Shown one piece after another: positions 1 to 19,744 of a stretch of 64,000 nt of DNA. The stretch covers positions 6,014,001 to 6,078,000 of the forward strand of contig OZ024753.1 of NCBI GenBank assembly GCA_964016885.1, written 5' to 3'. Every line of letters starts with the position of its first letter. The stretch's first letter is position 1. The notes beneath the pieces were generated by a model. It ran no database searches and was not told where the DNA came from. It saw nothing but the letters and a program-made list of their open reading frames with translations. The position numbers and the translations under genes are program-made. This stretch comes from Eledone cirrhosa. Taxonomy: Eukaryota.

Positions 1-28
1 TCCACTTTAGCCGGTCGCCCTCAAGGGC

Positions 29-74
<46 letters not shown>

Positions 75-76
75 GC

Positions 77-132
<56 letters not shown>

Positions 133-236
133 GTCCGAAACGTTGAGACCCTCTTCTTGCTATATCAAGCGTTAACCTAATATATACCTTCCATATACTG
201 TACCGATTGTGTTGTCATTTCTGTTTACCTTTTATA
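133..236 (+). mobile_element. PLE-like terminal fragment (family G), 3' half of a minimal hammerhead
   Basis: Near-identical to 1552-1655 (ccgaaacgttgagaccctctt...ctgtaccgattgtgttg); flanked by (TA)n; retains GAAACGTT. Confidence 0.5.
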
Positions 237-246
237 CCCCCCCCCC

Positions 247-286
<40 letters not shown>

Positions 287-645
287 CACGCATATATATA
301 TATATGTGTGTGTCTGTGTGTGTGTGTATTTATGAATAATAATGATTCAATTATTATCAATAAAATAAGATAAGAGTTAAGATGCTTAAGTGTTTGTATT
401 TCAGCTTCTGAATAGCATGTCTCAATCTCGTTACAGATTTAGTTACATGGTAATAGAGAAAATAAACATGGAACAGTTTTAATAGATATTCTGAATATTG
501 TCTACACATGCATAATATAATTATCTTTAGCACTTTACATTAACAAGCATGAATAAACATCAACTTAAAACAATAAGGTAAACATCCTCATTTTATATCC
601 ATATAAATATCGATAGAGTTAATATCATATACATACATACATACA

Positions 646-718
<73 letters not shown>

Positions 719-816
719 GTGTGTGTGTGAGTATAAATATAAATATATATATATATATATGTATATAGATAGATAGAGCAAATATTTAATCTATATATAT
801 TCTATATATATATTTA

Positions 817-847
<31 letters not shown>

Positions 848-1088
848 GGATAACACATTATCGTTAGAGGTTCTGAATACTCCGTATCGTGGATACGTAT
901 ATATGTATATATATATAAATATATATATATATATGATGTATGAATATATATATATAAGTAGAAAGTTGGACAAATGAACACAATAGATATGTTTTTACAA
1001 CAATAAAACTTCAATGGAACCTCAACTACCGGCCTCCTGTTGTTCCAAACAAACATATATATATATATATATCACTTTAGATTAACAA

Positions 1089-1372
<284 letters not shown>

Positions 1373-1531
1373 ATATATATATATATATATATAAATATAT
1401 ATATATAAATGCGTGTCTGTGTGTGTATATATATGTAAGAAATGTCAACATGACCTGTTATCTTTATCTAAATACATTTTTTTCTAATACTAAGCCGCCC
1501 GTCCCTTCAATCTATCTTATTTCTCATTCTT

Positions 1532-1567
1532 TCTTCTGATGAAGTTCTAGCGTCCAAAACGTTAAGA
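1532..1567 (+). ncRNA. Degenerate minimal hammerhead motif (family G) in element 1490-1655
   Basis: tctt-CTGATGA-agttctagcgtcc-aAAA-cg-TT-aaga; helix I tctt/aaga; G12 is mutated here but intact in the 133-236 copy. Confidence 0.45.
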
Positions 1568-1662
1568 CCCTCTTCCTGCTATATCAAGCATTAACCTAAT
1601 ATATCCTTTCCATATACTGTACCGATTGTGTTGTTATTTCGGTTCACCTTTTACACATATAT

Positions 1663-1694
<32 letters not shown>

Positions 1695-2560
1695 GTCTGT
1701 GTATGTGTATGTATATCCATGAATTAATTATTTTATATAAAATGCATCAGTAGAAAATAACCATTAAATATAATACTCCTTCGTACAAACGTAAATATGG
1801 ATTGATGCATATGTAGATAGATTGGATGAAATCTAAAAAAATATAAGCTAAATAACAAAAGATAACATTCTTTGCTAGATGTATTAAATTATTTTACAAG
1901 AAAAACTAACGCCATTCTCTGTAAGGGAAGAATGAATAATCTTCCTTATCTCATTTGGAAATGTAAGAATATCATGGATTCATCAGTTTCGCGAAATAGA
2001 AATTAAAACTTTTTTCCTTAGTTAAATTGATGAAAGGTAAACTAATGTTCTACGTTTTATCTCCAATGCGAAAGATCGAAGTTAATATATAATTTCTCTT
2101 CCGAGCTAGAAATTGTTTCAGCTTTCATAGTATTTTCGTTTCTTTTTCTTTATCCTTTTTTTTTTTTGTTACTATTTCTCAGAAGTGGATCTGGGTTTAT
2201 ATCTTCGCAAAGGGTCAAAGTCTAAAGAAAGTATGTAAGAACCGATCAATGTGTTGCTCTCTAGATTCTATATTGCTCATTTATTATATATATATAGGTC
2301 TATCCTTGTTTGGCGCCACGATGTTACTGTAATTTCTCATTGAAGAGAGCTATTAGACTAGGTTATGATTCCCAGTTGGCGATTTTCACTTACTTCTCAG
2401 AGGCCTTTTGAGAAATGGCAGAACCATAATTGCTTCGAATTATCTTTTCTTTGGGAAAAAAGAAAAAAATTAAACAAGGATTTCATGATGAACGAGGGAG
2501 AAAAAGCAATACCATATATTTAATTCGATATATATTCATTATTTAATGATAATAATAATA

Positions 2561-2906
2561 ACTGTCTCTACACTTGGCACAAGGCCAGCAATTTGAATGG
2601 AAGCAGAAAGTCGATTAAATCGACCCAACTGCGTAACTGGTACTTTATTTTATCGACCCCGTAAGGATGAAAGACAAAGCTAACCTTAGCGGGATTTGAA
2701 CTCAGAACGTAAAAAGCCGTAAGTAAATACTGCACAGCATTTTGTCCGACGCTTTTCCGATACAGCCAATCACCTACCTTAGTTTCAGTTTAGGCACAAC
2801 GCCAACAATTTAGAGGTATGGGAAAGTTGATTAAATTAACCCCAGTGCGTTGCTGGTACTATAGTTTATCGACCCTTTAGGGATGAAATGCAAAGCTAAC
2901 TTCAGA
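2561..2906 (-). mobile_element. Two tandem copies of the tRNA-derived SINE family (second partial)
   Basis: Family motifs ggcacaaggccagcaa, ctggtactttattttatcgaccccgtaaggatgaaa and gggatttgaactcag (reverse-complement B box). Confidence 0.85.
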
Positions 2907-3135
2907 TCAAATCCCATAAACGTTTCTTTTTGGCAGACAAAATATTTGGTATTAAACAATAAAATAACTCTTTTATTGGAGAGTGGTCGCAGTACGGTCA
3001 CTCTTCAGTGGATGAAACTATAGAGAAAATACGTATGACGCATGCACGATATATGTGAGTACCAATATAAATTGTGAAATTTGTAAGAGAATTTGTGCAG
3101 AGAAAAACAATGAGAGTGTCGTATTATAAATAATA

Positions 3136-3331
3136 GTTGTTTCTACTTTTGGCACAAGGCCAGCAATTACCTCCAGTGTATTACTTGTACTTTATTTGAT
3201 CGACTCCGTAAGGATGAAAGGCAAAATCAACCTCGGTGGGACTTGAATTCATACCATAAAGGGCCGTAACTCTATGCTGCAAAGCATAGCGTCCTGCTGC
3301 CAATCCACTGATACTGCCAATCCACCGCCCA
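3136..3331 (-). mobile_element. tRNA-derived SINE with probable TSD
   Basis: Full family motifs; flanks tattataaataata / tattatacataata. Confidence 0.88.
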
Positions 3332-3798
3332 TATTATACATAATAATGGTATGGAAAGCATATTCCGTTTAGAAGTGATGAAAAAAATTAAATTCTAAGG
3401 TAACGAGAGAAGACATTCAGGAAATTGTCTATTTATATTACGACTCTCTCTAAACTCATTTCGTGTCTAAATATAAATACATATGTATTGAGAAATCCCA
3501 TTCAACATTTAGTGGGCTTTTGAATGACCACAACTTTCGTCATATAGACTTGTGTATCGAAGACAATCATTACAGGGAATCCGTTTTCCTAAGGACGACG
3601 AAATCGACCGGAAATTGCTGTCAGAAGGAGAAAATGAAGTGAGATATTTCCAAACGTTATTGAAACTGTATAGCATAAACGTAGTCGATTCTGCTTGTGC
3701 AAATATAATTGCAAGTAATTCACATGAATATGGATATATGCTTTCCTATATCTTTCCGTATCTGTCTCTTCATAACTTCTCCTACACAGTTGAAGATG

Positions 3799-6137
<2,339 letters not shown>

Positions 6138-6954
6138 TTCTTTATAGACATTGACGCCAATCTTTGAAAGATAAATGTACGATATACTACAACATATCGA
6201 ACAGTAGCAACGCTTTCCTTTATCCACAGTGACAAGCCTTACTGGTTTCTTGGCATTGGGCTTCTTAAATGACTATCATTTCCAATATATTTTTCGATGT
6301 GTTTATGCATACATGGAGCAATATTAGTTAACTCGGAGAACATGTCAAATGTTTTATATTTCAGACTAAGGTGACAGAAGCAATTTGCAGAGTGTAGTGC
6401 TATCCACCCGTTTCAGTTAAGTTATATGGTGAAAGCTTCATTTCATCGTCTATTCTAATCATAACGCTGTACCTGGATATTTACATAATAAGCTTTGAGT
6501 TAACACTGATATGTACGTAGGAATTATTGAATAGCCTATACTGTAGTTTGTCTGAAGATATATACTGTATCGAACATAAACATATACATGCAAAATCAAT
6601 GAGTATGAGTATAATATATTTTCACCTAAGTAACATTTGCTATGTTTAGTACTCTAGCATTTAAACCGGCCGTATCCGGCCAGAATTCTCTCACCTCCTT
6701 CTGTTCAAACCAGCCCTAAATGGCCACTCATACTTATGTCAAGGTATTATTCTCAAAATGAATAATAACAACATCTCATAGATACGATATTATCTGAGAT
6801 AATTATGTGAGGTAAATCACTTACCAAGAAACTACAATAATAAATATAGAGTAATGTAAACACTACATGGTTACGCTTGCTCAATGTTTGAATCTATTAG
6901 TGGAAAAAAAAAAAAAAAATAATAATAATAATAATTATAGTAATAATAATAATA

Positions 6955-7135
6955 TTTTATATGAACATCAGCCCAGCCACCTTTTTTGGAACACGTAAGA
7001 AGGCATGGTTGCTAGGAACAGCAAGAACCCGCCGATACGTCCTGCATATCTGAGACTGTAGGTAGCGGCTTCATATTCTTCTGAACAAAATTTCCAGTTA
7101 AATAATATCAATGACTGAGCCTCCTCGAAAAAAAA
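6955..7135 (+). mobile_element. R4/Dong-type LINE extreme 3' end
   Basis: Translates KKAWLLGTARTRRYVLHI*, matching the K..LLGTA.ILR.VL C-terminus of RLE-encoding non-LTR elements; (TAA)n on both sides. Confidence 0.65.
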
Positions 7136-7162
7136 ATAATAATAATGATGATAGTAATAATA

Positions 7163-7552
7163 ATTGTTTCTAGCCCATCAACTACCCCAGCGTATTACTG
7201 GTGCTTTATTTTATCGACCCCCGTAAGGATGAAAAGCAAAGTTAACCTCGGCCGGACTTGAACTCAGACCGTAAAACGGCCGTAACTCCACCGATACTGA
7301 ATAATAATAATAATAATAGTAATAATAACAATAACAACAACGACAACAATAAATAAATAAATAAATATATAATAATTGTTTCTACATTTGGCACAAGGCC
7401 AGCAATTACTCCAGTGTATTACTGGTACTTTATTTTATCGACCCCGTAAGAATGAAAGGCAAAGTTAACCTCGGCGGGATTTGAACTCAGTTCGTAAAGG
7501 GATGTAACTGTGCTGCAAAGCATGGCGTCCGACCTTCTACCGATACTGCCAA
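7163..7552 (-). mobile_element. Two SINE copies separated by (TAA/CAA)n
   Basis: Family motifs at 7163-7299 and 7375-7552. Confidence 0.88.
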
Positions 7553-8237
7553 ATAATAATAATGTGTTCAACCAATTTCTTTGTATTGTGAAATGGTATC
7601 ATTTTTAATCAATTATACAAAAGTGTCGCAAACATTTTTTTTTATCTTCGTTCACCTACATTATCTCTACTCATCCTGATTCTCCTGGAAATATATATTT
7701 ATAATCTATTTTAAAGGTGTGCCATCTATTATATTTGCCTTGAAATAGATGCCAATATGATTCAATGCAATTTTAGAATTCTAAACTAACAATAACAAAG
7801 AAAAACACACATATAAACATATATATAATTAATCGAATGCAATCGTTGAATTAGTTTTCAACCTGAAATGGTTTAACCAATTTCAAACCGATTTGCGAGA
7901 CAATCAATAATTTTCGTGACATTCAGCAATATCATGAATAATTTTCTCTTCATATTTTCTCATTATATAAATTGGTTTTGTTTTTGTGGATCTGTCCGCT
8001 ATATTACCTCATATTTATGAATCATTGTTATTATAATAATAATGGTGATATTTTAATTCAATAGTTAGAAGGATATGAAATTGGTGTAGGTGGTAAGCAC
8101 ATTAGTTTTACCATACGTTTTCATTATATTTTCATTTGCTTAAAGGAAAATAAAGCAAAATATATCAAAACAAAATAATAACTTGGTAGAGCAATTGTGT
8201 GTGTGTATAGATATATAGACTTAAATATATATACCGC

Positions 8238-8287
<50 letters not shown>

Positions 8288-10392
8288 AGTGAATAATATA
8301 TATATATATAGATAGATATACATATATTATAGACAGACACAAAAATACAGCTAACCACCGCCCATTCATATATGTCTGTATACGTGTACCAGTGTTATTG
8401 TGTGTTTATTTTGTATCTGAGTATTAGATTGCAAAATCGCTTTGGCACAAATATAATATATATATATACATATGTATGTATGTATATGAAAACACGTATA
8501 TAATCGTAAAGAATCTATTATCTTAGAGGTATTTATTTAAATAGCGTTTGTGAAATTTTGGAATTCTTTTATGTTGGGGGTGAAACAACCATACATTCAT
8601 TTGGTTAAATGATGTTAGCTCAATTGTAATATGTGCTGTCTTGTATTGTACGTGGGTGAGCCTTTGTTGATTGTTATATAAATTAGATCCCATCCTGATT
8701 TGAGTAATGTTGTCTGAATATTTCCAAAATGCCCGACTAACGCTTTGAATACAATACAATTTGAGCTTATGGAACAGTTCCAGAAATTAGCGCCATTTGT
8801 GTATTCAAATTGTGTAACACATTCCTAAAACATGATACATGGAATGCATTCTTTGGTGGGGTCATATAGCAGCAATTTTGAAATGTTGTCAAAATATTGA
8901 TCTAAATACTTGAATGGGTATGGTGTATAAATATATTCAAAATGTTCATCTTACTAATCGTGTCAGCCTGATGTAAACGAAGGGATTTAGAAACCACCCT
9001 AGATTCTGTAAATGTGATATGCTTCCAGTCACACAGGACGTTGTTTCGAGAGACAGTATTGAAGCTGAAACCGGGGAAAACGATTAGGTTTCTGGATGAT
9101 TAAACCGGAAAGTTTTAGGTTATCATGAATCAATCTACCAGGCTATTTCAACTTTGTTTCATGTGGAAATCCATTTTAAGTTGTTATCGAGAATTTCACC
9201 TAAGGCTCAACTTATTTTTGATACATGCGATGTTCTAATGGACTCCAATGTATCTTTTTAAGTTACACATTTTTAAACTGGATCATCTCAGATTTTCTTC
9301 GTTTAGCTGCATATTGATTGCATATATAGACCTGACATTCGTACGACCACCGACTGAATAGGTAATGATGAGAAAATGAATGCCAATGTAACAGTATTGC
9401 TCATTCTACATATGGTTATTTATTTAACATCCTCTCTGGCACTTGGACAACATTTTCCTATTTACTATAGCCTATATCTCCTTTCTTCGCGTTGAATTAA
9501 AACACGCACATATAAACACGCAAACTTACACCCCGAAACACAAACACAAAATAGGGTCTACTTAGATAGTCGTTTAAGCCTCTTGCATGATGAGAGAGTC
9601 TACTGTATTAAAAGGCCCATACCTTGCCGCATATATCAACGAAATTCTAATAAATCCTTAGTCGTTATCTGATGATGAATCTAAATTTCTCTATATATTT
9701 CAGCATGTGAATTAAATAAACAAAATATAAACTGAATAATTTCTATAGAACTTCGAAAACCTGACAGCAACACAATGCCTTAAATCTACTTGCTGCCACC
9801 CAACACTAAACAAAACATTAGAAGAAATAAAACGAGACTTCTAGACTTCTTTGTCGCCAAATAACATCGCATGAGGTTACTGGAGATTAGATATGTAGAA
9901 AGAAATAGCGTCTACTTAATTGAACCTGTAATGAATTCAGTAAGAGCTGGTATTTTTTTAAATACAAAGGTGACTCGAATTACACTAGAGTCTTACAGCT
10001 GCCGACTATCAAAAGTAAATAATCACCATTATGCAAATAAGCTTACGTTTAGACAATATATTTCCTAAAAGTAGTGACCAAAAATACTGAACTATATACA
10101 CAGACGAAAAATACATATGTATTACAAACATTGCATTGATGTTATTTTTTTATTGCTGTTTTCAATTGAGAGCTAGACGGGTCGTAGTATGATCTAGCAA
10201 ACTATTAGACGACAAAATTAGTTTGTGTCCATAATCAAACTTCTACGCATGCGCAAACGACGCCATACACATATATTTACACTCACAACATACATTCTCA
10301 CACATATGCATAAAAATGAAGCATGATTAAACCCCCCACACACTCACATTATATATATATATATATATACATACATCTGTGTACACACACAC

Positions 10393-10423
<31 letters not shown>

Positions 10424-10540
10424 CATATACATACATATATATATATAATAATACATTTGAAGACTAACATCCAAAGAGGGCTCGATAAGGATAAATATAT
10501 ATCAAATATATAAGAACCGTAGAGCAAATATTTATTAAAA

Positions 10541-13583
<3,043 letters not shown>

Positions 13584-14164
13584 ACATTGAATGTGTATGT
13601 GTTTTCGAACATAATGAACAAACATCAAAAGGAAACATTATGTTTGTATATTCTGGTGCATAAGTGGTTCTTTATGTTCCACGAACTAAATATATGCAAC
13701 TCACCACTTGATGTAAGTGTTATACCTGTAAGCACTCCACTTGAAACGCTGGCATTGTAATTACTTCTCAATTGTTTCATATTTACAGCAATAACAATAC
13801 TAAACATGGTAAAACTATTTATAACAACAATGACGATAATTTTAATACTGAAAGATAGCCAACAGGAATTCAAGCTAGAAATGATTAGGGTGAACCTTTG
13901 ATTCTTAAAAGTGAAATAGCTCAAGTATTATGATACAAGTGTTGCTAATACTAACGTTCAGAGTATTTGATCAAAATGATTAATCATTCCTCTAATTCCC
14001 CCCTTAGACTCCTTCAATCTCTCAGATATATATTTTTTTAATTACATCATTGGAGTTTTTCTTATATGCCTTCATACAGTTTTTTGTGTGCCCTCTTGCA
14101 TCCTCAACGAGCAAACACATACAGACATGTTAATTCATGCACTTATGTATGTATGTATGTGTGT

Positions 14165-14755
14165 ATGTGCTACTGGTGCTACTGGTAACATGTATCCGAG
14201 TACAACCTGTCTCATGGTCGGGTCGTTGGCGACTAAACTGGCAACCCCCACCAAGGTTTCTTGGTGAGGAGGGTGACTTTGGACATCCTGCAGGACTAAA
14301 AACAAAACCTGTCAAAGGGCAAAGGACCTCTTAAGAGTCACCGGGAGAGATGACCCCTTAGCCTTTGTCAAGTCAGAATTCTAAGAGGAGGAAAACTGAT
14401 ATAACACCTGCAACCCTGATGGTATCCAATGATGTTGACTTGTTCTTCTTTTTGGTAAATATCATATCTTATTAAGAGAGTGGGACTGGCTTTGTGCAGT
14501 GCCTTTGCTCACTATAAAAGTCTCATGGCACAGGCATTGCTTTATTTCTGGAGATCTCTCTGCACTTGTCATCACATGGTACCATAGGACCAGCACTATG
14601 TGTCAATAATTGTCACAGGTGTAGTGTTTGTACCAGAGTTTTCAAGTCGCTGGCAGGACTAAAAAGTCACACTCGTTCAGCGCATTGGTAGGGGTTCTCC
14701 TACATGGATATAAAGTAGTGGCCGTACTCGTAAACGAGTTGGCAGCCACCATGTA
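14165..14755 (+). mobile_element. GC-richer insertion between (TATG)n tracts, possibly the 5' UTR region of an RTE-type element
   Basis: Composition shift, (TATG)n on both sides, recalled RTE-5'UTR-like motifs (gtcgttggcgactaa; gaggaggaaaactgat); no protein motif seen. Confidence 0.3.
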
Positions 14756-15214
14756 ATGTATGTATGTATGTATGTATGTATGTATGTATGTATGTATGTA
14801 TGTATGTATGTATGTGTGTATGTAAGTAAATGGAAGGAATTTGTAGCTTACTTGATGCATTACATATTGTATAAAGAATTCAGAGTTTGAAAGTCCCGCA
14901 ATGCGGATTGCAAGGAAAAGTCGTAAGAAACAAAGGGTATTTTTTTTAATTTTAATGTATTCATATATCCTGATATCTCGAGATTAACATAGTTCTTTTA
15001 TTTCCTCGGAAGAATATATTCTAGTGTCAGATTTGGATTGCTATACCATGCTAATCGGAAGTCGTTTTATCCTTTTGTTCCAAACCTCTTTTGTTTTAAA
15101 ATTACGGTCTGGACAGTTCAAGGGGGCACATAATTATTTCCCTTTAAATCTGTTTAGATACATACGTATTAATACGCGCTGAAACACACGTGCATGGATA
15201 CATGTACCAGCAAA

Positions 15215-15428
15215 GCCCTGGGGTAATTGCTGGCCTTATGGCAAAAGTAGAAACATTGGGAGTATCGGTAGAGGGTCGGACGCTATTTTATACTTTGCAG
15301 CAAAGAGTTACGGCCCATTATGGTCTGAGTTCAAATCCCGCCGAGGGTAACTTTGCCTTTCATCGATAAAATAAAGTACCAGTAATACACTGGATAATTT
15401 CTGGCCTTGTGCCAAAAGTAGAAACACT
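15215..15428 (+). mobile_element. SINE tail fragment followed by a SINE copy
   Basis: agtatcggtagagggtcgga, B box gagttcaaatccc, tail ggccttgtgccaaaagtagaaac. Confidence 0.85.
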
Positions 15429-15786
15429 TATTAATATTATTTCATTCATCTTGCTTTATGTTCATAAGCGTTATCACCAAGTCACAAGAGACAGCAAGGT
15501 CCGCCATGTTCAAGAAAAAACACATACACACATCTTTAGGTGTTTAGACCTGTGATGTATTTATATTGATAGAATCTTCCTGAGTACTATCTTATTATTT
15601 TTATTATTATTGGTCTGTTCGGACGTATTTTTTCCTCGCTCCCAGTAAGTCGCTTTATTTGCCTGTTAAAATTATTTGTTGTTAAATATTTCTTGTTGTG
15701 TAAGGGATATAAGCCCTTAGACTTTGCCCCGTGAAGGGGAAAGTAAAATATTTGGGCGTTTTGGCCCAACTATTTAAACATTTTAC

Positions 15787-17740
15787 ATGGCTGAGCCACG
15801 CCCCCCAGCAATATGTCTGCTGTCGTCTGACAACGGCGTAAAAGTTGAGAGGAGGGTTACAAACATTGTTACAACAGACACCATCACAAACAACGTGAAC
15901 AAAGACAACACCGAGAAGACTAATATCGAAAAAAGTACCACACCAACTACAACAATAACAGCGTCAACCAAAATACAGACAACAGAAAAAATGACAACAA
16001 ATGCAACGACGATATTAACACCACTAACAAGAAAATAAATAACGACAACACCAACAGCAACAATACAAATTGCACCGAAAACAACAACAACGGTGGCACC
16101 AAAAACACAACCAACTACAACAGTGATAACAGCACCAACACCAACAACAAGACCAGTAGCGGCAGCAATAATGGTGCCGCTGAAAAAGGGGCCACTTCTT
16201 TCGCCGGTGTGGCCCGGTGTGGCCCGAAATATAGAAACAGTGCTAGTCACGAGGGAGGAGATGGCAGTCCCAAGAGCCATGGTGTTTCGACAACAGAGTT
16301 TCCCTGAAACCTCCACCCGATTTCTTCAAAGACCAGCAACTGCGCACGGTGACTTACCGCACCGTAAACAAATTGTCACATCGGATGGAGAGAGCCAGAG
16401 AGGCTCAAATCCAAAAGGCCTTGGGGTGCGTCAAGCACGCAAAAACCCACATCACCCGAGGCAAACAGTACGGCACAATAGACGTACTTTTTGCCACCCA
16501 CCAAGAGGCGAAGTCTCACTCTGTGGAAACCCTAAAGTGTGAGGAGATAGTCTTGGCGCCCTCGTACTGCGGGCAGAAAATTGTGAGAGTCAAAGTGATC
16601 CAGGTCCCACCCGACGTGCCCATACCTTGGCTGGCCGCGTCTGTATTGGCTGGAATCGAGGAGAAAACCAGCATACTGCAAATACAGAGAATGGGAAGAG
16701 AGAACTGGCCAGGAATAGGAATGCAAATGCTAATACAGACTGACCAGGAGTGTAACGAGGCCATCCCAGACCTCATAGACCTCGAAGAAGGGCTCCATCT
16801 CCCTATAAGCGTGGAAGGAAGGCGCCCAAAGTGCTATCTCTGTGGGCAGAAGGGTCACATCAGGGCCTTCTGCCCGCAGAAGACATCCAAGAAGAGGGCC
16901 CCACCCCTCCTTTCGATACCTGATCCGCTGCTACCAAGAGCAGGGCAAGCAACAGAGGTAGAAGACCCTTCCATGGTGAGTAGGATGGCAACGTCCGTGG
17001 GACCCATACCAAGGCCACGGACAACTAAAGTAGCGGCAGCAGTGGCGGCAACACCAACAGTCGCAGTAGCTGCGCCGGTGGTAACATCGCCGGAGCGGGC
17101 TCCACTACCAGCACCGACAGCAGTGGAGCTCATACTCCTCCCGGACACCGCGGGGTCCGACATGGAGTGTGAGGCGGGAGGGAAGTGGCAAACGGTCTGC
17201 CACAAAAAACAAAAAAACCCTTAGCTTCACCCTCCAAAAGCGAGGGCAGACAAAGAGGGGTAAAGGCAGCAAGGAAACTTGCAGCAACACCACCATCACC
17301 ATCACAAGATTCACCACCAACATCAACCACACCACCACCAGCATCACCAAAAACACCAACATCGCAAACACAATAAAACACACACACCCAACAGCAACAA
17401 CAAGAAAACAGCAACAAAATCGCCCCCCCCCCCAAAAAAAAAGTACACAGCCATAAACATGGCAAATAAAGAACTCCTACAACACATAAAGCAGCACACA
17501 GACATCACAGAAAAAACTACTACACCCCACCAACACCAAGAACTGTCCCGACAAACATAAGCATCATTGAAATCTCAATAGAACATTACAAACTTTTAAA
17601 GCAAAAATTTCCCAACGCAGTTGGAGATTTCAGAGGGTCGATTACCAAAAGGATATACAGCGACATCCTCTTGGAAACACCCATGAACAGCCAAAGAGAC
17701 GGTTCTACTGTCCCTTCACACGATCAAGGTAAGTGATCCT
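15787..17740 (+). pseudogene. LINE ORF1 (gag-like, CCHC zinc knuckle), disrupted
   Basis: MAEPRPP start; Thr-rich N-terminus with a stop at 16036; frameshift into 16349-17224 containing VEGRRPKCYLCGQKGHIRAFCP (CX2CX4HX4C); Pro/Thr-rich tail. Confidence 0.85.
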
Positions 17741-17768
17741 TTCTCACTTACCCCGATTTTCATCCAAC

Positions 17769-18600
17769 ATGGCCGTACTTAGAATAGGCAGTATAAATGT
17801 ACGTGGCCTGGGGCCATCTTGGAAGGAAGGGTCACCTGCTCAACAACCTCAGGTCACTAAACATAGATGTGGTGGCCATCAGCGAGACCAGAATCTCCGA
17901 AGCACGAGCCTTCGCACCGATTTTGGCCAAGGTGTTAGCAAAGAGATTGGCGCTTGTCGGTGATCTGGTGGGAGAGGCGCAGACATACACCATCCCGGAC
18001 ATATCCATCCACGACAACCTCCAATTCATGCGATACATTATAGAGAGGGTGGTTAAGGATCCTGGCACGAGTGGGGCCCTGATCAATCTAAAGCATTTGA
18101 TAGGGTCGACCATCGGTACCTTGCTGCGCCCCTCGAGGTGACCGGTTTCGAGCCCGTATTTTGGGGCTGGATCGCTCCGATGCACAGCGGCATCTGCTCG
18201 ATTCTGAGGGTAAATGGTCACCTGTCGCAGCCTTTCAGCATCATGCGCTCGGTCCGCCAGGGTTGCCCCCTCTCGTCCCTACTAGTCCTCAAGCCGTTAC
18301 TGCACAAATTGGAGACGATGAGGAGGGTCCCACCCGAACTGGGATACGGGAGATCCGTGTCAGCTTACGCCGACGACGTCACCGTGGTGGTGTCGAGCAC
18401 GTCCAGATGCCCGGCACCGCTCTCAAAGAATACGAGGCGGTTACAGGAGCAAAGATAAACCAGGAAAAGTTGGTGGGCTTGCAGCTCGGCACCTGGAGAG
18501 GCAAGTCCATGCCGTCCGACAGCGAATGGGGCGCTGGACGGAAGGACCGGTTAAATTTCTCGGGGTCTGGTTCGGTCCGGACCTCCAGATAGAGAAAAAC
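17769..18600 (+). pseudogene. LINE ORF2 remnant: APE endonuclease N-terminus fused to RT
   Basis: MAVLRIGSINVRGL, DVVAISETR, then ILAKVLAKRL, IHDNL, KAFDRVDH (alternate frame), SVRQGCPLS, AYADDVTV, YEAVTGAKINQEK. Confidence 0.92.
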
Positions 18601-18785
18601 AGTATCGGTAGAGGGTCGGGCGCCATGCTTTGACGCATAGAGTTACTGCCCTTGCCATTCTGAGTTCAAATCCCGCCGAGGTTAAGTTTGCCATTCATCC
18701 TTACGGGGTCGATAAAATAAAGTACCAGTAATGCACTGGATAATTTCTGACCTTGTGCCAAAAGTAGAAACAATTATTATTATTA
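18600..18785 (+). mobile_element. SINE, slightly 5'-truncated, abutting the LINE RT
   Basis: Family motifs and (ATT)n tail. Confidence 0.9.
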
Positions 18786-19350
18786 TCATGGGTCACTATA
18801 ATATATACTAGCTGTATACTAATATATACTGACACGACTATACATATCAAAACGTTCTTATTTTGACGTTTGTTCTAGTAAAAGAGAAACATTTTTATTA
18901 AGCATCTAACTTCTGAGCGAACCTTGCTATCCGTCCTCACTGAAACAAAGTTTTTCCGACACTCAATTCGGTGTTTATCACAATAAAATGATTCGATGAA
19001 ATGGGAGAGTTAATTCTGCTTTTGTGTTCCTTTGCAGCAATGAAGTAATCAATAAATCAGGCAATCAGCGAAGCAATAAATTAATCAACTTCATTTCACT
19101 AGAGAATATTAACTAATCGAACACTAATTTCACCTTATCAGGAAATTGCAAATAGTCCATGTGTGTGAGTGATTTCCATGTGCGTCTATGCTATTCTCTC
19201 TATATGTATGAATACATTTCAATGTATGCGTGTCTATTTATGTGTGTGTATGCATTGTATATGTTTGCGCGTATAATTATGTAGTTGAAGTCGATGTCTT
19301 TGTTGTCATCGTTATTCTTGCGTTCTTTTCAAAATTTTATACTGTTAAAG

Positions 19351-19502
19351 GTGTAGTAGAGCACTATGGTACTACTCCTTGTAAAACTGCCAACTTTAGG
19401 ATATCGTTAAGTATAATACACAGCAGTGATTCTGGTTCTCTTGACAAATGCCAAACATGTAACATAATATTGGACTACATGCAATTACCAAAACACTCGT
19501 GT
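19351..19502 (+). other. Candidate coding exon (Cys-containing)
   Basis: Pyrimidine-rich tract then ttaaag|; open frame GVVEHYGTTPCKTANF...DKCQTCNIILDYMQLPKHSC; |gtacgt donor; no recognised homology. Confidence 0.25.
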
Positions 19503-19744
19503 GTACGTATTCTGGTCCCATGCACATTGCATCGAAATATATGTAATACGCATCGTTAATGAGGGGCGCATTAATTGGAAGATGAAGGTTTGCTTGATAC
19601 TACATCCAAACATCTGTCATGAGTTTGAAGGTTTCTGTCCTTCCGCCAGAAATTAATTCTATCCAGGACCGACGTATCTTATCCTCAAGGGTCTTATCCC
19701 CATTCCTATAATTAGCCATAATATTTTGGTAAGACTGATATTTT

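Larger units (their letters stand above)
15690..18600 (+). mobile_element. Decayed L1/Tx1-clade non-LTR retrotransposon
   Basis: GC-rich block with a CCHC-knuckle ORF1 followed by ORF2 with APE endonuclease and RT motifs; multiple frameshifts. Confidence 0.9.

Noticed and set aside
3552-3790. Possible 63 nt exon [21 protein letters not shown]
   Set aside because: Weak acceptor with no polypyrimidine tract and no homology support.
8520-9100. Minus-strand snippets resembling a CMGC kinase C-lobe (VFPG.S, ISKLLLYDPT)
   Set aside because: No HRD, DFG or APE motifs, many stops and poor spacing; cannot be supported without a profile search.
9661-9775. CTGATGA ... GAAA pair
   Set aside because: No valid NUH triplet and poor helix I.
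14190-14245. Possible HDV-like ribozyme near gtcgttggcgactaa
   Set aside because: A consistent P1/P2/P3 nested pseudoknot could not be built by eye.
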